A stretch of DNA of 55,784 nt from Prorocentrum cordatum (lineage: Eukaryota). This document shows positions 35,634 through 49,070 of the stretch, piece after piece. The notes below the pieces were generated by a model. It saw only the letters and a program-made list of their open reading frames with translations, had not been told where the DNA came from and did not search any database. Position 1 is the stretch's first letter; each line of letters opens with the position of its first letter. Both the position numbers and the translations under genes were made by a program. Location of the stretch: positions 62,001 through 117,784 of the forward strand of contig CAUYUJ010000132.1 of assembly GCA_963575745.1 (NCBI GenBank). The letters are read 5' to 3'.

Positions 35634-38600
35634 GCGCGCCTTCACGGGGGGGGGTGCGGCGCCGTTGGACCGCCGAGGGGGCCGCCACCCAAAGAGCGCC
35701 TGGAAGCCCGGCGCAGAGCTTGCCCTGCAAACACAGCGCGTTTCTTCCTCCTCCTCCTCCCCCCTCCTCCTCCTCCTCCTCCTCCTCCTCCTCCTTCCTC
35801 CTCCTCCTCCTCCTCCTCCTGCACCTTCTCCTCCTCCTTCTCCTCCTCCTCCTCCTCCTCCTCCTCCTCCTCCTCCTCGATCCGCGTCCCGCTCCAGGAG
35901 GAGGAGGAGGAGGAGGAGGAGGAATGGATGAAGGAATTTCGCTGGCTCGTGCTCTCGAGGCCCTCCCCAGGCCCTGGGGCCGTTGAAGAATGCCTCGAGA
36001 TTGAGAATTGGTCCCGGGGGGGCCCTAGGGTTTCTGGGACCGTTTTCCTCCAGGCCCGTCTCCTGCATGTGGAGATCCATCGGGAGGTACCGAATGTTGC
36101 TGAATCTCGTCTTCTTCTTCCACGTCGTATACCGTCCTCGACTATTGCAGCTCCTGCGCCGGTATCATGTTTCCAATATACCAAGGGCCTTTTCTGATCT
36201 TCGCAGCCTCCCTTGGGTGCCCACCTGTTGTCCCCCTCGTCTCCCTCCTCAACATCATTGATTTTCTCTTCATCCTCCTCCCCCTCTTCATCCTTCTCGC
36301 CATCCCCTCATCTTCCTCATCCTCCTAGCACATCGCTGGGGAAGTGGGTATACCGGGTAGGCGGTGTTCGGCTGCAGCCGCATGATGGGGGCGCTGCACG
36401 TATACAGCGGCTTGGAGGGGCCCCGGGCAAGGGAGGTCGGGGTCAACGTTGTTGCCGCCGCTGCAGTCCCACTACTTTCTTGGCCGGCAGTGCGGCGAAG
36501 CGACACGTTATGCGTGTTTGGCCTGTTGACAGAGGAATAGTAGGAGGATGACGATGATGTTGTTGTTGATGCTGGGCAGCAGAAGGAGCAGCACGAGCAG
36601 CTCCTCCAAGCGTGGTCGATGTTGCCCTCCTTAGTCGCTGGCAGAGCCAGCTATCCAGCACGCTGAGAGCCTCACACACGCATTTACCACGATCATCATG
36701 GTAGGTTTGGCGCCTTCAAGAAGCGAGCCTGCCTGGAGAGAACCAGAAATCACTTGGCTGCACGTCGAGCAGGACGTTTCTCTTTCGCCTCCATCGGTTC
36801 GTGGGGGCTCTTGCCAAGTGTGCCTGGAGAGCTAGCAGCGGTCAGTACTGACCCGTTGAAGACGCCTGCGATTGCAGGCAGGCGCATCTTCGCCCAGTGT
36901 CGAAAGAAAACGAGGGCTGTTATTGCTCGGCTCTTCTGGTGGATCAGCCACTGCCGCACACCACCATTGCACTCATCGTCGTCGCCATGTTCCTCTTGCT
37001 CCCGGAGCTGCGTCTCCTCTTCTTTGCTCCTTGCGCGAGAGTGTTTCTTGTGTGTAGCTTCCCCTCCGCTCTCATTTCCGCTCCCTCAGAGGCCCGTGTG
37101 GGCGCCACAGGAAAAAAGAGCGGTTGCTCATCATTCAGACTTGTACACACGTGCATCATTAAGGCGGGGCGTCTGCGGCTGAGGTCCTGGCTTGAATGCA
37201 TTTTGTGTTTTGGTTTGTATGTCCTGCTTCGGGGGCGGGGGCGGGGGCAAAGCAGCAACGAATGTAAGAAGGAACGCATTAATGAAGTTGCGTCGAATAT
37301 CGGATGCATCCTGCGTGCGCAGCATGTTGAAAAGGCTTGCAACTTGTATCAGCATTTCAGGGTCATATTTCGTGACAGTGATCCCTGGGCACGTTGAGAG
37401 GGGCTACACTGCAGATGGCAGAGGCGTGGGACATCGTATAATACTATGATACGCGCGCCTATTAGACACCTGAGCCCGAAGCTCGCACCCGTTTCCGCCA
37501 TTCCGCCCTGGACAGCGGCTGCTTCTGCACAGTCGAAGCGCGGAAGCAAGGACCACTCTGGGCTCAGAGGGGGCTTTTTGATGGTCGGGGCGCTCCCTGC
37601 ATCCAGGTCGGGGGGAGAAGTACCCGCGGCCGAGGCCCGCCGTGGCCAGAGACGCCCTTTCGTTCCGTGTTCAGCGCTCCTTCTGGCAGCGCCATGGCTG
37701 CATGCTGCCGTTGTGTGCCCATCGGGCGCGGCTTGCCGCTGGCATGGCGCAGTGCCGTGTGCCGTGGCCGGGGCCCATCGACTGCCGCCGGGGCCTGGGC
37801 CTCGCACGCTTCGGACACTTCCTTCGCTGGCGGAGCAGCCACCCTTGGCGGCCAGCCGGTCTCTCGGATGCCTTCGCACAGTTGTTACTTGTTGGCTTTT
37901 CTGGGGGCGGCCTACAGCAGAGTTCGCGATGACTGTGGCAAATCCCGAAGGAAACCAAGCCAACGAGGAAGCTGAAGATGAAGATTAGCTTCAGTGTTTG
38001 CCGAAATGTGGCGGGATGAAGGCAGCCGCGGCGCAGAGGCCGCTTCGGCAGGGCGGTCCGCGTGGCAATCCCCACGATTGCCTCGAGGATTCTCCAGCGC
38101 GAGCTCGCTCCCTCGGTTCCAAAGCAGGTGTGTCAGACCGGTGTCCCACTGGCGGCCGGGCGAGCAGATTACACCCCTGCGGTCTGTTGATCATGTCACG
38201 AGTCGCTTGTGGTAGCTCCTGGTTGGGGCGTGCTCCCCGAAGAGAGTTGCCAAAGACTATTCCCAGAATCGTCTCTTGCTGGGAAGTGTGCTGTGAAGAT
38301 CGAAGTCAGTGCAGAGCAAGCCTTACAAAGGTAACATCAAAGAATTATGCTTCAGAGACAGCAAGAAGCGGCACGCATACATGATCTGGGAATGCGTCAG
38401 AAGCCTGGTGAATTGATGTCTGCACGAAGGGTATGGGGCCACGAGTAGCTCGGCTGACGTTCAGCCAGCAATGTCATCATGTCTGACGCAGAGTTGAATG
38501 GCACAAGATATCATCGTGCCCCTAATGATTGTATTGGTCTTCCTCCTCCTAATTTCCCTTCTCTTTCTGCTCATTATCACCGCCCTCATCATCATGCTCT

Positions 38601-38799
38601 TCCGCTTCTCCTTCTGCGCTTTACCTCCTCTGGCGGCCGTCGTACTGATGAGATGCCCGCTGGGCGACTGCCTCAGCGCCATTCTTGCTCGCGGCCCATC
38701 CGCACCGTCGTCGTGACCATCACATTGACCGCCATCGTCACCGTTATTGCTACAGTAGAGACATATGATAAGAAATCTTGCAATAAGAAATACTGTGGA

Positions 38800-39130
38800 C
38801 ACATGATTCGGCGAGATTGCAATGCCCTAAGGTGCCCCCGAGCTTCTTCGAGTCCCTGGGGCCATCTGGCAGATTAAGACATTGTCGTGGGGCACCCGCT
38901 GGCAGGTATATTTTTGAATTTGATGGGCCTGCTGCACTTCCAGCATCCTCGCTGGCCCCCCGGGCGCGATCGGAAACAGAGCGCGCGGCGGGGAGGACGA
39001 CGCGCTCGAGTGATTCAAGTATTGAGGCCTGGGGTAGGCGCCTGCTCATGCTTGGCCGCGCGTGTGCGACAAGGCGGCTGCTAATATTCTGCTTCGACAC
39101 GATCTGGTCCAAATGCGTGTGTCCAGGCAC
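38800..39130 (-). pseudogene. Possible highly decayed non-LTR (LINE/CRE-like) reverse transcriptase fragment
   Basis: 'LPQASILESLERVVL...EDAGSAAGPSNSKIYLP...SKKLGGTLG' follows the order of the RT motifs (A)YLDD, GL.LN..K and K.LG, but the catalytic DD is not preserved. Confidence 0.3.
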
Positions 39131-39695
39131 CTAGGCAAGGCAACCTCTGCAGCGGCCTTTGCAGGGGCAGGGGGGGAGGCAGGCAGGAGGGGAACGCATG
39201 CCAATCACCACGTGCGGGGCTCGGGCTCGATGCCGGGTACTTTTGGCCGCTTGTCTGCGAGGCGCCATTTTGTGATAGGAGCGCCGCTGCGTAGGCAGCC
39301 CTCCGCCCAGGCCGCTTGGCTTGAACGGCCAGGCATGTCTACAGGCCCTCCGCCCGGACGCAGGCAGACTGAGGTGGCCTCCGCCCAGGGCGCTTGCGTT
39401 CACCGCTGGGTGGTTCAGGCCGCCTAGCTGCGAGACCGCCTGTCCCCTCGTTTCGCCGTTCAGGCTTTCCGCGAGGCGCCGGGGTGGCGGCCTAGTCTCA
39501 GATGTCGGAGGAGGGTCAGTCGAGACAACGGCGGCTCTCCCGCCCACCTCTTCGCAGGGAAGCAGCCGCCTTCTCCCCAGGGGCCCTGCTCTTCTCCGCG
39601 CTGGGCATATCATGCACGCACGAGTCATGTATGACCCCCTCCCGAATGTGATGGGCCCCAGGGTTCACCAGCCCCCAACGTATCGGATGGGGGGC

Positions 39696-39788
<93 letters not shown>

Positions 39789-39870
39789 CCAGCGGCGGCG
39801 ACGACGCCGGCGGCGGCAGCGACGGCGACGGCGACGACGACGACGGCGGCAGAGCGGCGGCGGCGGCGGC

Positions 39871-39987
<117 letters not shown>

Positions 39988-41569
39988 ATCGACATCGACA
40001 TCCGCGAAAACCGCCGCACTTTGCTTTTTTTGAGGGGAGCGGGGTGTCCCTTTCCCGACTTTCGGAAGGGAGGGAGTGGAGGTTGGGGTTGAGGGTGGGT
40101 CCTCGCCAGGGAGGGGGAGAGAGGGGTCTCCGAGAGGAGGAGGGAGATTTTCAAAGGGGGGGTAGGCCGTTCCAGAGCAAGGGAGGTTTAGATTCTGCAC
40201 AAGTAAAGCACACACAGGACGGCGGAAGGCTGGCTGAAGTAAAGCTCGTTCCCAAAGAGTCGCAAACGTTGTTTGGGGTCAGGGTTTCCGGAACGGGCCA
40301 TATCTCGTCCTGCAGTGGCGTGCCGTCACATCCTGTATCGCGTCCTCGCCCTCCCCCACTCCCAATCCAGCCAGAGAGTCGAAAGCCCATGACACAGAGG
40401 CGTTCACATCCACTTTGGATGCGTGCGACTTCCAGTTTGGATGCGCTGGTCCTCCGCAAGTGGCCTGGCCAGTCGCTGGCATTGCCTCATCGTATCCCCC
40501 AACTCTTCGTTTCTTGCGACCCTCTTTTCGAGATACTTCCAAGGAGTGTGTTCGTCAGCTCCTCCATATATCATTGATGGCTCGCTTGCTGCACTCATGT
40601 TGGAGCGCTTTCTAGACATCTGAATAGACACACCCGCAGGCCACGCTAATGCGTGCGCGTGCGGTGTGATTTAAGCCTTGAAGCAGAGAAAGAAGTAATC
40701 TGCAGAAGGAATGCGCAATGCACGTGATGATTTGCGCGGATACTTCCAAACACATCTAAGGTTTACAATTCTAGCAAAGGTCGCTAGATGCAACCTGGTT
40801 GCGTTGCCGCCGCGTCCGCAATTGGGAAATGGCGCAGCGTCATTGTAGCGGTGCCTGGTTGTAGCGTTGCATGGTTGTGGCTTTGCCCTGTCGAGGTCTC
40901 TCGAAAGTATATTTAAGGTCTCGTGATGCTTTCTTGGGAGGCTCTCGGGAGCCTGTTGGGCATCTTGGCGCCGTCACGGGGTTATTGGGGCCATCTAAGA
41001 AAGGTCCTGGGACGGTCTTAATGGATTTGAGGGCCACCAGTGGGGTCTCGCGACTGACTCGGGCTCGTGTTAGGCCGTCATGGGGCCGAATTAGAGTTGG
41101 TCGCTAGCCGTATGGAGGCAACTTGGATCACCTCGAGCCTCGAAACCGACGTGGACCCCCATCTCAGAGGAGGCACCTTAGACCGCTGTGACCCCGTCTG
41201 GAGGGCAGCCCAAAGGCCAGCGTAAGGTCATCAGGACGCCTCGATGGGCGCGCGAAAGCGGCAGACCTCCGAGAGTGCGAGTGCTCAGTCCCCACCGTTT
41301 TTCTTCGATGCCGCTTTCTGGGGCCCGTGATCGGGCATCCGGGCCATCAGAAACGGATCAGGGGCGCCGGACTGCGCCCGGGGAAGGAGCCGGGGCCTCT
41401 GGGGCCGCGCAGGGAAGAGATCGGATCGTCGGGGCAGACTTTCCCAGGGGTGCCCCTTGCATGCCTGCACTCCTCCATCCTCTCCTCCCTGCGCCGTATC
41501 TCTCTCTTTCTCTCTCGTCGTCCGTCCCTCCTCCCTCGTTCTCCTCCGCTCCCTTCCAGGGTCCGTCTC

Positions 41570-42152
41570 GATCCGTCCGCTCCGGTTCGATGTCGATGTC
41601 GGGCGGCCCGATCCGATAGGATTCCTCTCACCCGGGCGATCCGAATCGGCCCATGTCTGCATGGCGCCGACGTGCATCCTGGCACGGCCGATCCGATGCG
41701 ATTCCCACCCCGCGCCAGTGCGCCCCGACTCTATATACACCTCCAGTTCGGTTTGCGACTTTCCAGTTCGGTGTTGATTGACTCTGCCTGCACTCCCTTC
41801 GCTCCATCGCCGCGCGTCACCCCGTGAATGCTTCGCGCGGCGCGGAGCACTTTTTGGCCCGGCGCACTGCGGATCCGCATTGCTTCCCCAGGGTCCGTTG
41901 TCTCGTTGTCTTCCCCATGCCCCGTCCGCTGTGTCCTCGTCACTTTGGCCCACCCTTCAGGGCCTATGTCGATCCGATCGGCCCGATGTCGATATCGCCC
42001 AGATCGGTCGGACATGATCTCGATGTTCGTGCGGTCCGATGTGGCCCGATATGGGCATGGCGTTGTCGTGCATCTTGCCGTTCCCGACTCGGTCTGCGTG
42101 CCGATGCGTCCCGATTCGACGCAACGCCCGACCCGATCCGACTTCTCGATCC
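41570..42152. repeat. CGATCCGAT-rich dispersed repeat family (related tracts at about 7645-7695, 7920-8010, 26525-26790 and 51655-51770)
   Basis: Recurrent CCGATCCGAT / CGATGTCGAT / TCGATTCGAT words. Confidence 0.6.
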
Positions 42153-42829
42153 GAGGACGCCTGTCCTTGCCCTCAGCCAGTCCTTAGCTCAGAAAGTGTT
42201 CAAGACTCCTTCCTTATCGCGCGTCTTCCCCACGCTCGGTGGCCATCAGGAAGGACCCCGTTGGGCCCTGTCTGGCTGCCCCCCCCCTCCCCCCCCAGGA
42301 AGGCCGCGGCTCACCCCAGGCCCCACGCGCCCGCACACCGTGGGGGGAATGGAGGCATGGGGCCGGGAAGCTCCTCCTCCTGCTTCCATCCCTCCGTCCT
42401 GCTCATTTCCTCTCCTCTGCCGTCTCCTCCCTCTGCTCCTCCCAGCCGTCTCTCCTGCTCCTCCTTCTCCTACTCCTGCTCCTGCTCCGCTCCTCCTCCC
42501 CCTCATCCTCCTCTTCCTCCTACTGCTCCTCCTCCTCCTCCTCCTCCTCCTCCTCCTCCTCCTCCTCCTCCTCCTCCTCCTCCTCCTCCTCCTCCTCCTC
42601 CTCCTCCTCTTCCTGTTCCTCATCCTCCCTTCCTCCTCCTCGCCTAGGTACGTGGACGCCGTCCTCACCCTCGGAGAAAGCTCTTGGAGGTCTTCGGACG
42701 CAAAGCTTAAAACAGAAAGCGCCGTCAAGCATAGAGTCCGATACCCCTTCTCCTCCTCCTCCGCCTCCTCCTCATCATCTTCATCATCATCATCAGTATC
42801 ATCACTATCATCATCATCATCAGCATCAT

Positions 42830-42861
<32 letters not shown>

Positions 42862-44643
42862 TCATCATCCGTTACCTCCTCCTCGTCTGAGTACGGGTGT
42901 TGGGCCGAAATGCACACAGACGCTTGCGAAAATGATTCGGTTGTGGCGCGAATGTTTGTCTCAGGTGCCTGTGAGGTGCTTACCCATTCCTTGCTTACCT
43001 GAACGACGGATTGGGGTGTCGGAAGAATTAAAAGAATGGGAAAACGCACGAGAGCAATGTGGCGTGGCTGACCAGGACAAGGGAGAGGAGGAGAAACGGG
43101 ACGGGTGAGAAGGCATTTGAGATTCTTCCGCAACAGCATGTGACATCGGTCAACACGATCGGTCCAGATGAACTTGTTTGACAGCGGAGGCCCAGAAGGA
43201 CCATCGAGCATGATCCATCTGTTACGCTACATGGCTGGTGTGCGATGCCTGCCCGATGTTAAACTCTACGGCGCGCCGGCTCCAACTTGCAAGTTCAGAC
43301 AAGGAGATACCCCTCGGGATCACGTCTCGCTCTATCACCGAAAGACCCCCAGGAGTACACATAAGTATCCCAGACACGGTGGAACATGTTTCTCTGACGG
43401 CCGCAATCAAGACGGGTAAACAGCTTATGGATGTGCTGGAAAAGGTGGATCAAGGAGGGGGAAGAGGACAGGATTCGTGCTCATGACCGGGATGCGCCAG
43501 ATCACACGTTCGAGTTTCTAGAAGATTGCTTGGCGAGGTCGGCGCGGAGTTTAAATTGGCGCCCCGACGGACATGCCCGTCGACTATTCACTGGTCCAGG
43601 TCACGCAGTGAACTACCCCAGAAAAGAGTCGACCTTCGGGCTTTTCGCCAGCATCCGAGTTGTCTACTGCCTACTGGCTGCAGAGGCCGAGCGCAAGGTA
43701 ATGTCTCCATGCTTGCGGTTTCCTCGTCGAAAGCATATACGAGCAGAGCGCGCTTCCTTCGTCCAAGCATCGAGCACGGTCGGCAAGACAACTGTTAGAA
43801 GATATAGAGTGGGCGAGGAAGGCTATTCGGTTACATCTTTCGCATGCGAAGCGACATGGTGGAAGATCCGGCGCCACTCCCATTTCGAAGCAGGAACAGT
43901 TTGATGTGTGGCAGCTTCCTAGAGGGGAGAGAGGGGTGAAGGTGCCGCCAATCGATATCGAGCAATACAGGAGCCAACGTGACGACCTGGATACGATTGA
44001 TATGATCGATATCGTTAGATATGACCCCCGTCGCGAAGAATTGTCTCGAACGACATCGAATGGTTTCGAGAATACGTCAGCCGAGGTACAGAACGCAGAG
44101 ACGTCTTTGGCGCGACAGCGCCTCAGGAGCTGCGGCGGCAAGCTTCACGCCCAGAGGCAGGCGCGCAGCATCAGTTCCTGGGCCATGGCGCTCTGCAATC
44201 GCCCGTCGAGCCAATTGTATATGCTTACTGGAGATCTTCTGGATGCACTGACGAAGGTGCGCATCGCGAACATGGCAATATCGTATTGGAGCGTTAGTCG
44301 AGGCTGCGCTCTTCGCAAGTCGGTCCGACTTGGGCCCAGGGAGAAACGCGTCACCGACGTTCTACCCGTCGCTGGAAATACATCTTCGCCGACGCCCCCT
44401 CCCGACGAGCCCCCCTCCGAGAGCAATGGGTTCCGCGCGCGTCGCCGTCGGGGGGGGCCATCCTGGCCTCTCAAGCTCAAGCGCCGGGGTGGAAGTTGCG
44501 AAAATCTGGGTGGAGTTTCGGGGCAGCTTGGGGACATAAGCAGGCCCCGCGGCAGCGCGCACTGGACTGCGAGGGCTTCGTGGCGGCAGCGTCCCCATGC
44601 GCGCTCCAACGCCCAGCGCTGCAGCGGGCGGAGTCTCTGCGAG

Positions 44644-44676
<33 letters not shown>

Positions 44677-46704
44677 TGTCACTTCCAAAGCCACGGGTGG
44701 GCAGGGCAGGAGATTTATCTTAGCCCGCGTCGGTTTGCCGGCGATCTTTCCAGCGACCTCCCCCACGCATTGCCCACAGTGAACTCACGTGCATTTTCTT
44801 CGAAATGCTGCGCCGGTCTATTTGCGCGCTCGACTTCCACTTCATAGAATACCGCAACCAACAGAACAGAGATCAGCAGGAGCTTGCTGTCTGGCTGGAG
44901 GGGGAGGGGGCCGCGGGCTGTCGGGGGCGGCCCTGCGAGCCTCGAATGGCCATCCTATCGGGGATTCTCAGAGAGGAGGTGAGGCACTTAGGATTCAACG
45001 TGCCCATGTAGAGGGAGCCCGGTCAGGAGGCGCCTCGACGACGCCAGGCAGCGCGCTCGGCGCCCCCCTTGGGCAGCATCTGGCCCTCGTCTCTTCCGCG
45101 GAAGGTCGCTCGCTCGACGTTCTTGTCGCCGGCGCAGAGTTCAGCCCCGCGCGGTCTGAAAGCCTTCTCGGTCGCGACGCAGCAGGGCGAACGAGTGGAA
45201 CCTCGCTACTCACCCCGCGCGTCTCGCCACGCGGGGGCGCGCCAGCTCGGCGACGGAGCCGGGCAAGACGCGCGCGCCGAAGCCCAGGCCGGCGCTGGAA
45301 CGCTGGCGCAGACGCGAGGCCTCAGTGGAGCTAGGCGCGCGTCGTCTGAATTGGTATAAATCTGCGCTGCATGCCCCTCGACCCGCGCGCATCTATTTGC
45401 GGCCCTCGTCGGGGAAATACGGTTCGAATCGGGGCGCCAACGCTGGGTGGGCACTTGCGCCCCGGGGCTGCCCCGCGGGCGGAAGGAGCGGTTGAGGGTC
45501 CCCGCCGGGCGCAATGTTCACGCGTGTCCACGAGGGCCCAGCGGGGGAACTAGCTGGCCAACCCGGGCCCCCATGGGGCTCGGAGGGCCGGCCTGAGTTT
45601 CCGAGAGACGGTTCCGTTGCCATTCGAAGCTGTTTTTCATTGGATTGCGCATTGCACCCGCTGGCTTCGCGGAGGTGAAGACTGAGATCGCTCGCGACGC
45701 ACCGTCCGAGGTAGAACGTTCGTCGCCCCCGCAACTGGTGGAAGGACGCAGCGAGGCCTGCGTCGCACGGGAAGGGGGGCGTGGACTGCGCGCGTTCCCG
45801 TCGCGGCGCGCGTTCGCTAAGTCGCGCATTGACCCCGCGCAACGCAAACATCTGCGACGTGGAAATACGGTTGGGCGGCTCGCGCTGCTTGACGTCTAGC
45901 GCCCGTGGCGCAACGCGGCTTTGCCGATCCAGCGGAGGGGGGGCCACCTCTGCGACATCTCGAACCTCCATGGTCGCCAGCGCACGATCAGCGCGATTTC
46001 GAGGCGCCCGAATTTCGGGGGGGGACGCGCAGACACAAGTCTGGCGGCCACGCGCCTGGCCCGGCCCCGCCTCGGCAGTGGCGCGGCCAGGCAGGGCCGC
46101 GTGCTGGCGGCGGATCTGCACCCTGAGGCCCAGACGCAGGCTCAGTCGGAGACTTCACGCGGAGCCGGCGGGGGCCTCGCGTCGGAGCCGGCCGCCAGGG
46201 CCGCGAACGAGGGGGCTCGAGGGGGGCAGGCGAGGCGAGGGCGAGAGGAACTCCGAGAAGGCGCAGCGGCTGATCCCCTGGGAGCCGCGCGCAACCTCGC
46301 CAACCTCGCGCGCGCGACGCCGCGATCGCTGGAGCCGTGGCGGCGGGCGACGGCGTGGCCGACTTCGCGATCGGGCCAGGCGCCAAGCGCGACGAAGTAT
46401 CAAGTAGCGCGAAAGAAGGTAGAGGGCAGGAGAGACGGTCGACTCCGGAGCAAGAAGGCCCCCGCGCGCGCAGCCGCGGGCCGCGGCGGCGCACCGCCTC
46501 ACGCAGCGCGCTGCTGCATTCGTCGATGGAGAGCCAGACTGCGTCAACACGGATGTCCAGAAGTCTGGAGATCACTTCCAGTATAACAATGCTCCGTAGG
46601 CCGCCGCGGCAGCGGGCAAGCATGCGCTCGACTTCCGCCGCCGCGAGGTCAAGGGGTTGAAGGGGCAGGGCCGAGGCGGAGGAAGCGCGTCGACAAGCGG
46701 CCAG

Positions 46705-46810
46705 GGTCAAGTCCAGGAAGGAGCGCCTCACCAACGCCTTCAGCCACGACGCGGCGGGCGCGCAGGCGCGCGAGATCACCCTGCGGCACGTCAACTGCTC
46801 GAGCTCCCAG
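46705..46810 (+). CDS. Candidate exon (VKSRKERLTNAFSHDAAGAQAREITLRHVNCSSSQ), possible cytoplasmic tail
   Basis: gccag|G acceptor followed by 35 consecutive codons ending in G/C. The frame is open from 46661 to 47182, with candidate GC donors at 46810, 46826 and 46858. The basic KSRKER would suit a position just after a TM helix. The phase join to 35633 is unresolved. Confidence 0.4.
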
Positions 46811-47807
46811 GCGACCCAGCTGACAGGCACGGCCCCCAAGGGCCCCCTCGGGCGCGAGGCGGCGACGCCGCTGAGTCTGACCGGGGAGATGCGAGGCAGA
46901 CCAGAGCGCGGACAGAAACTCCCATCACCGAACGAAGGGGAAGGAGTAGGTCAGATCGAGGGCAGGGTTTCGATCGAGGCGCAACCTATGCACGGGGGCC
47001 CCAGCGGTCGCGAGCGTTCGGCGAGTTCGGCGGCCCGAGGAATCCCCCCCGACCCCTGCGGAGCCGCCGGTTTCGATGCGCCCGCTATCCGAACCACCCC
47101 ACCGCCCCTCTCGCGGCGACCCCCGGGAGGGCCCCGCGCGGGGAGGGGGGGCCGAGGATCCAGCCATGAGTCGGCCCCCTAGGCGGCCCGCTCTAGCGCG
47201 CCTGCGCGGTGCCACGGGGGCTCGCTGGCGCTCGGAGGCAGCGCTGGCCCCACCAGCTGGGGCCCCCTCATCTTTTGAACGGTTAACCCGCCCACCCAGG
47301 AAGTCGGGTTGCGCAGAGTTCTTCGCTTGATTAATGGTTGAGAGGTCGAGCAATTGATTTGGGCCCCCCGCGCGTTGCTCATGGCGCATTGCTCATCTTC
47401 CTTTTCTTTACTTCTACCCCCCCGCGCCTCCACGCAGGCCCCCCCATAATCCCGCGATGCTCCAAGAGCTCAACAACGCAGATATCATGTTGATTGATGC
47501 CGCTATCTGCCGCTCTTGTCAAACGCCCAGCCTCCCAAGCGCGCCCTGGTTTTCAAGCCGGGCTCATTCCTGGCCGACAAGGGTGGATCAGATCCTTGAT
47601 CCGGGCTCTAACATTACGAGTGCTAGTGACGTCGAGGAGAACGTCAACGCTGGCCCCTGCCTGCGCCATGCCTAAGTTGCTTTTCCGACTCCACGACCAC
47701 GGCGTAGTGGTCCGTTCAGTAGCCTTCCTTTCGCGGTCTGCATGGGCCCCATGAGCCGCGTGCTCTTTACTCGCGATGGCCCTAGTTGTGACCCGCGGTG
47801 TTTTTTG

Positions 47808-49070
<1,263 letters not shown>

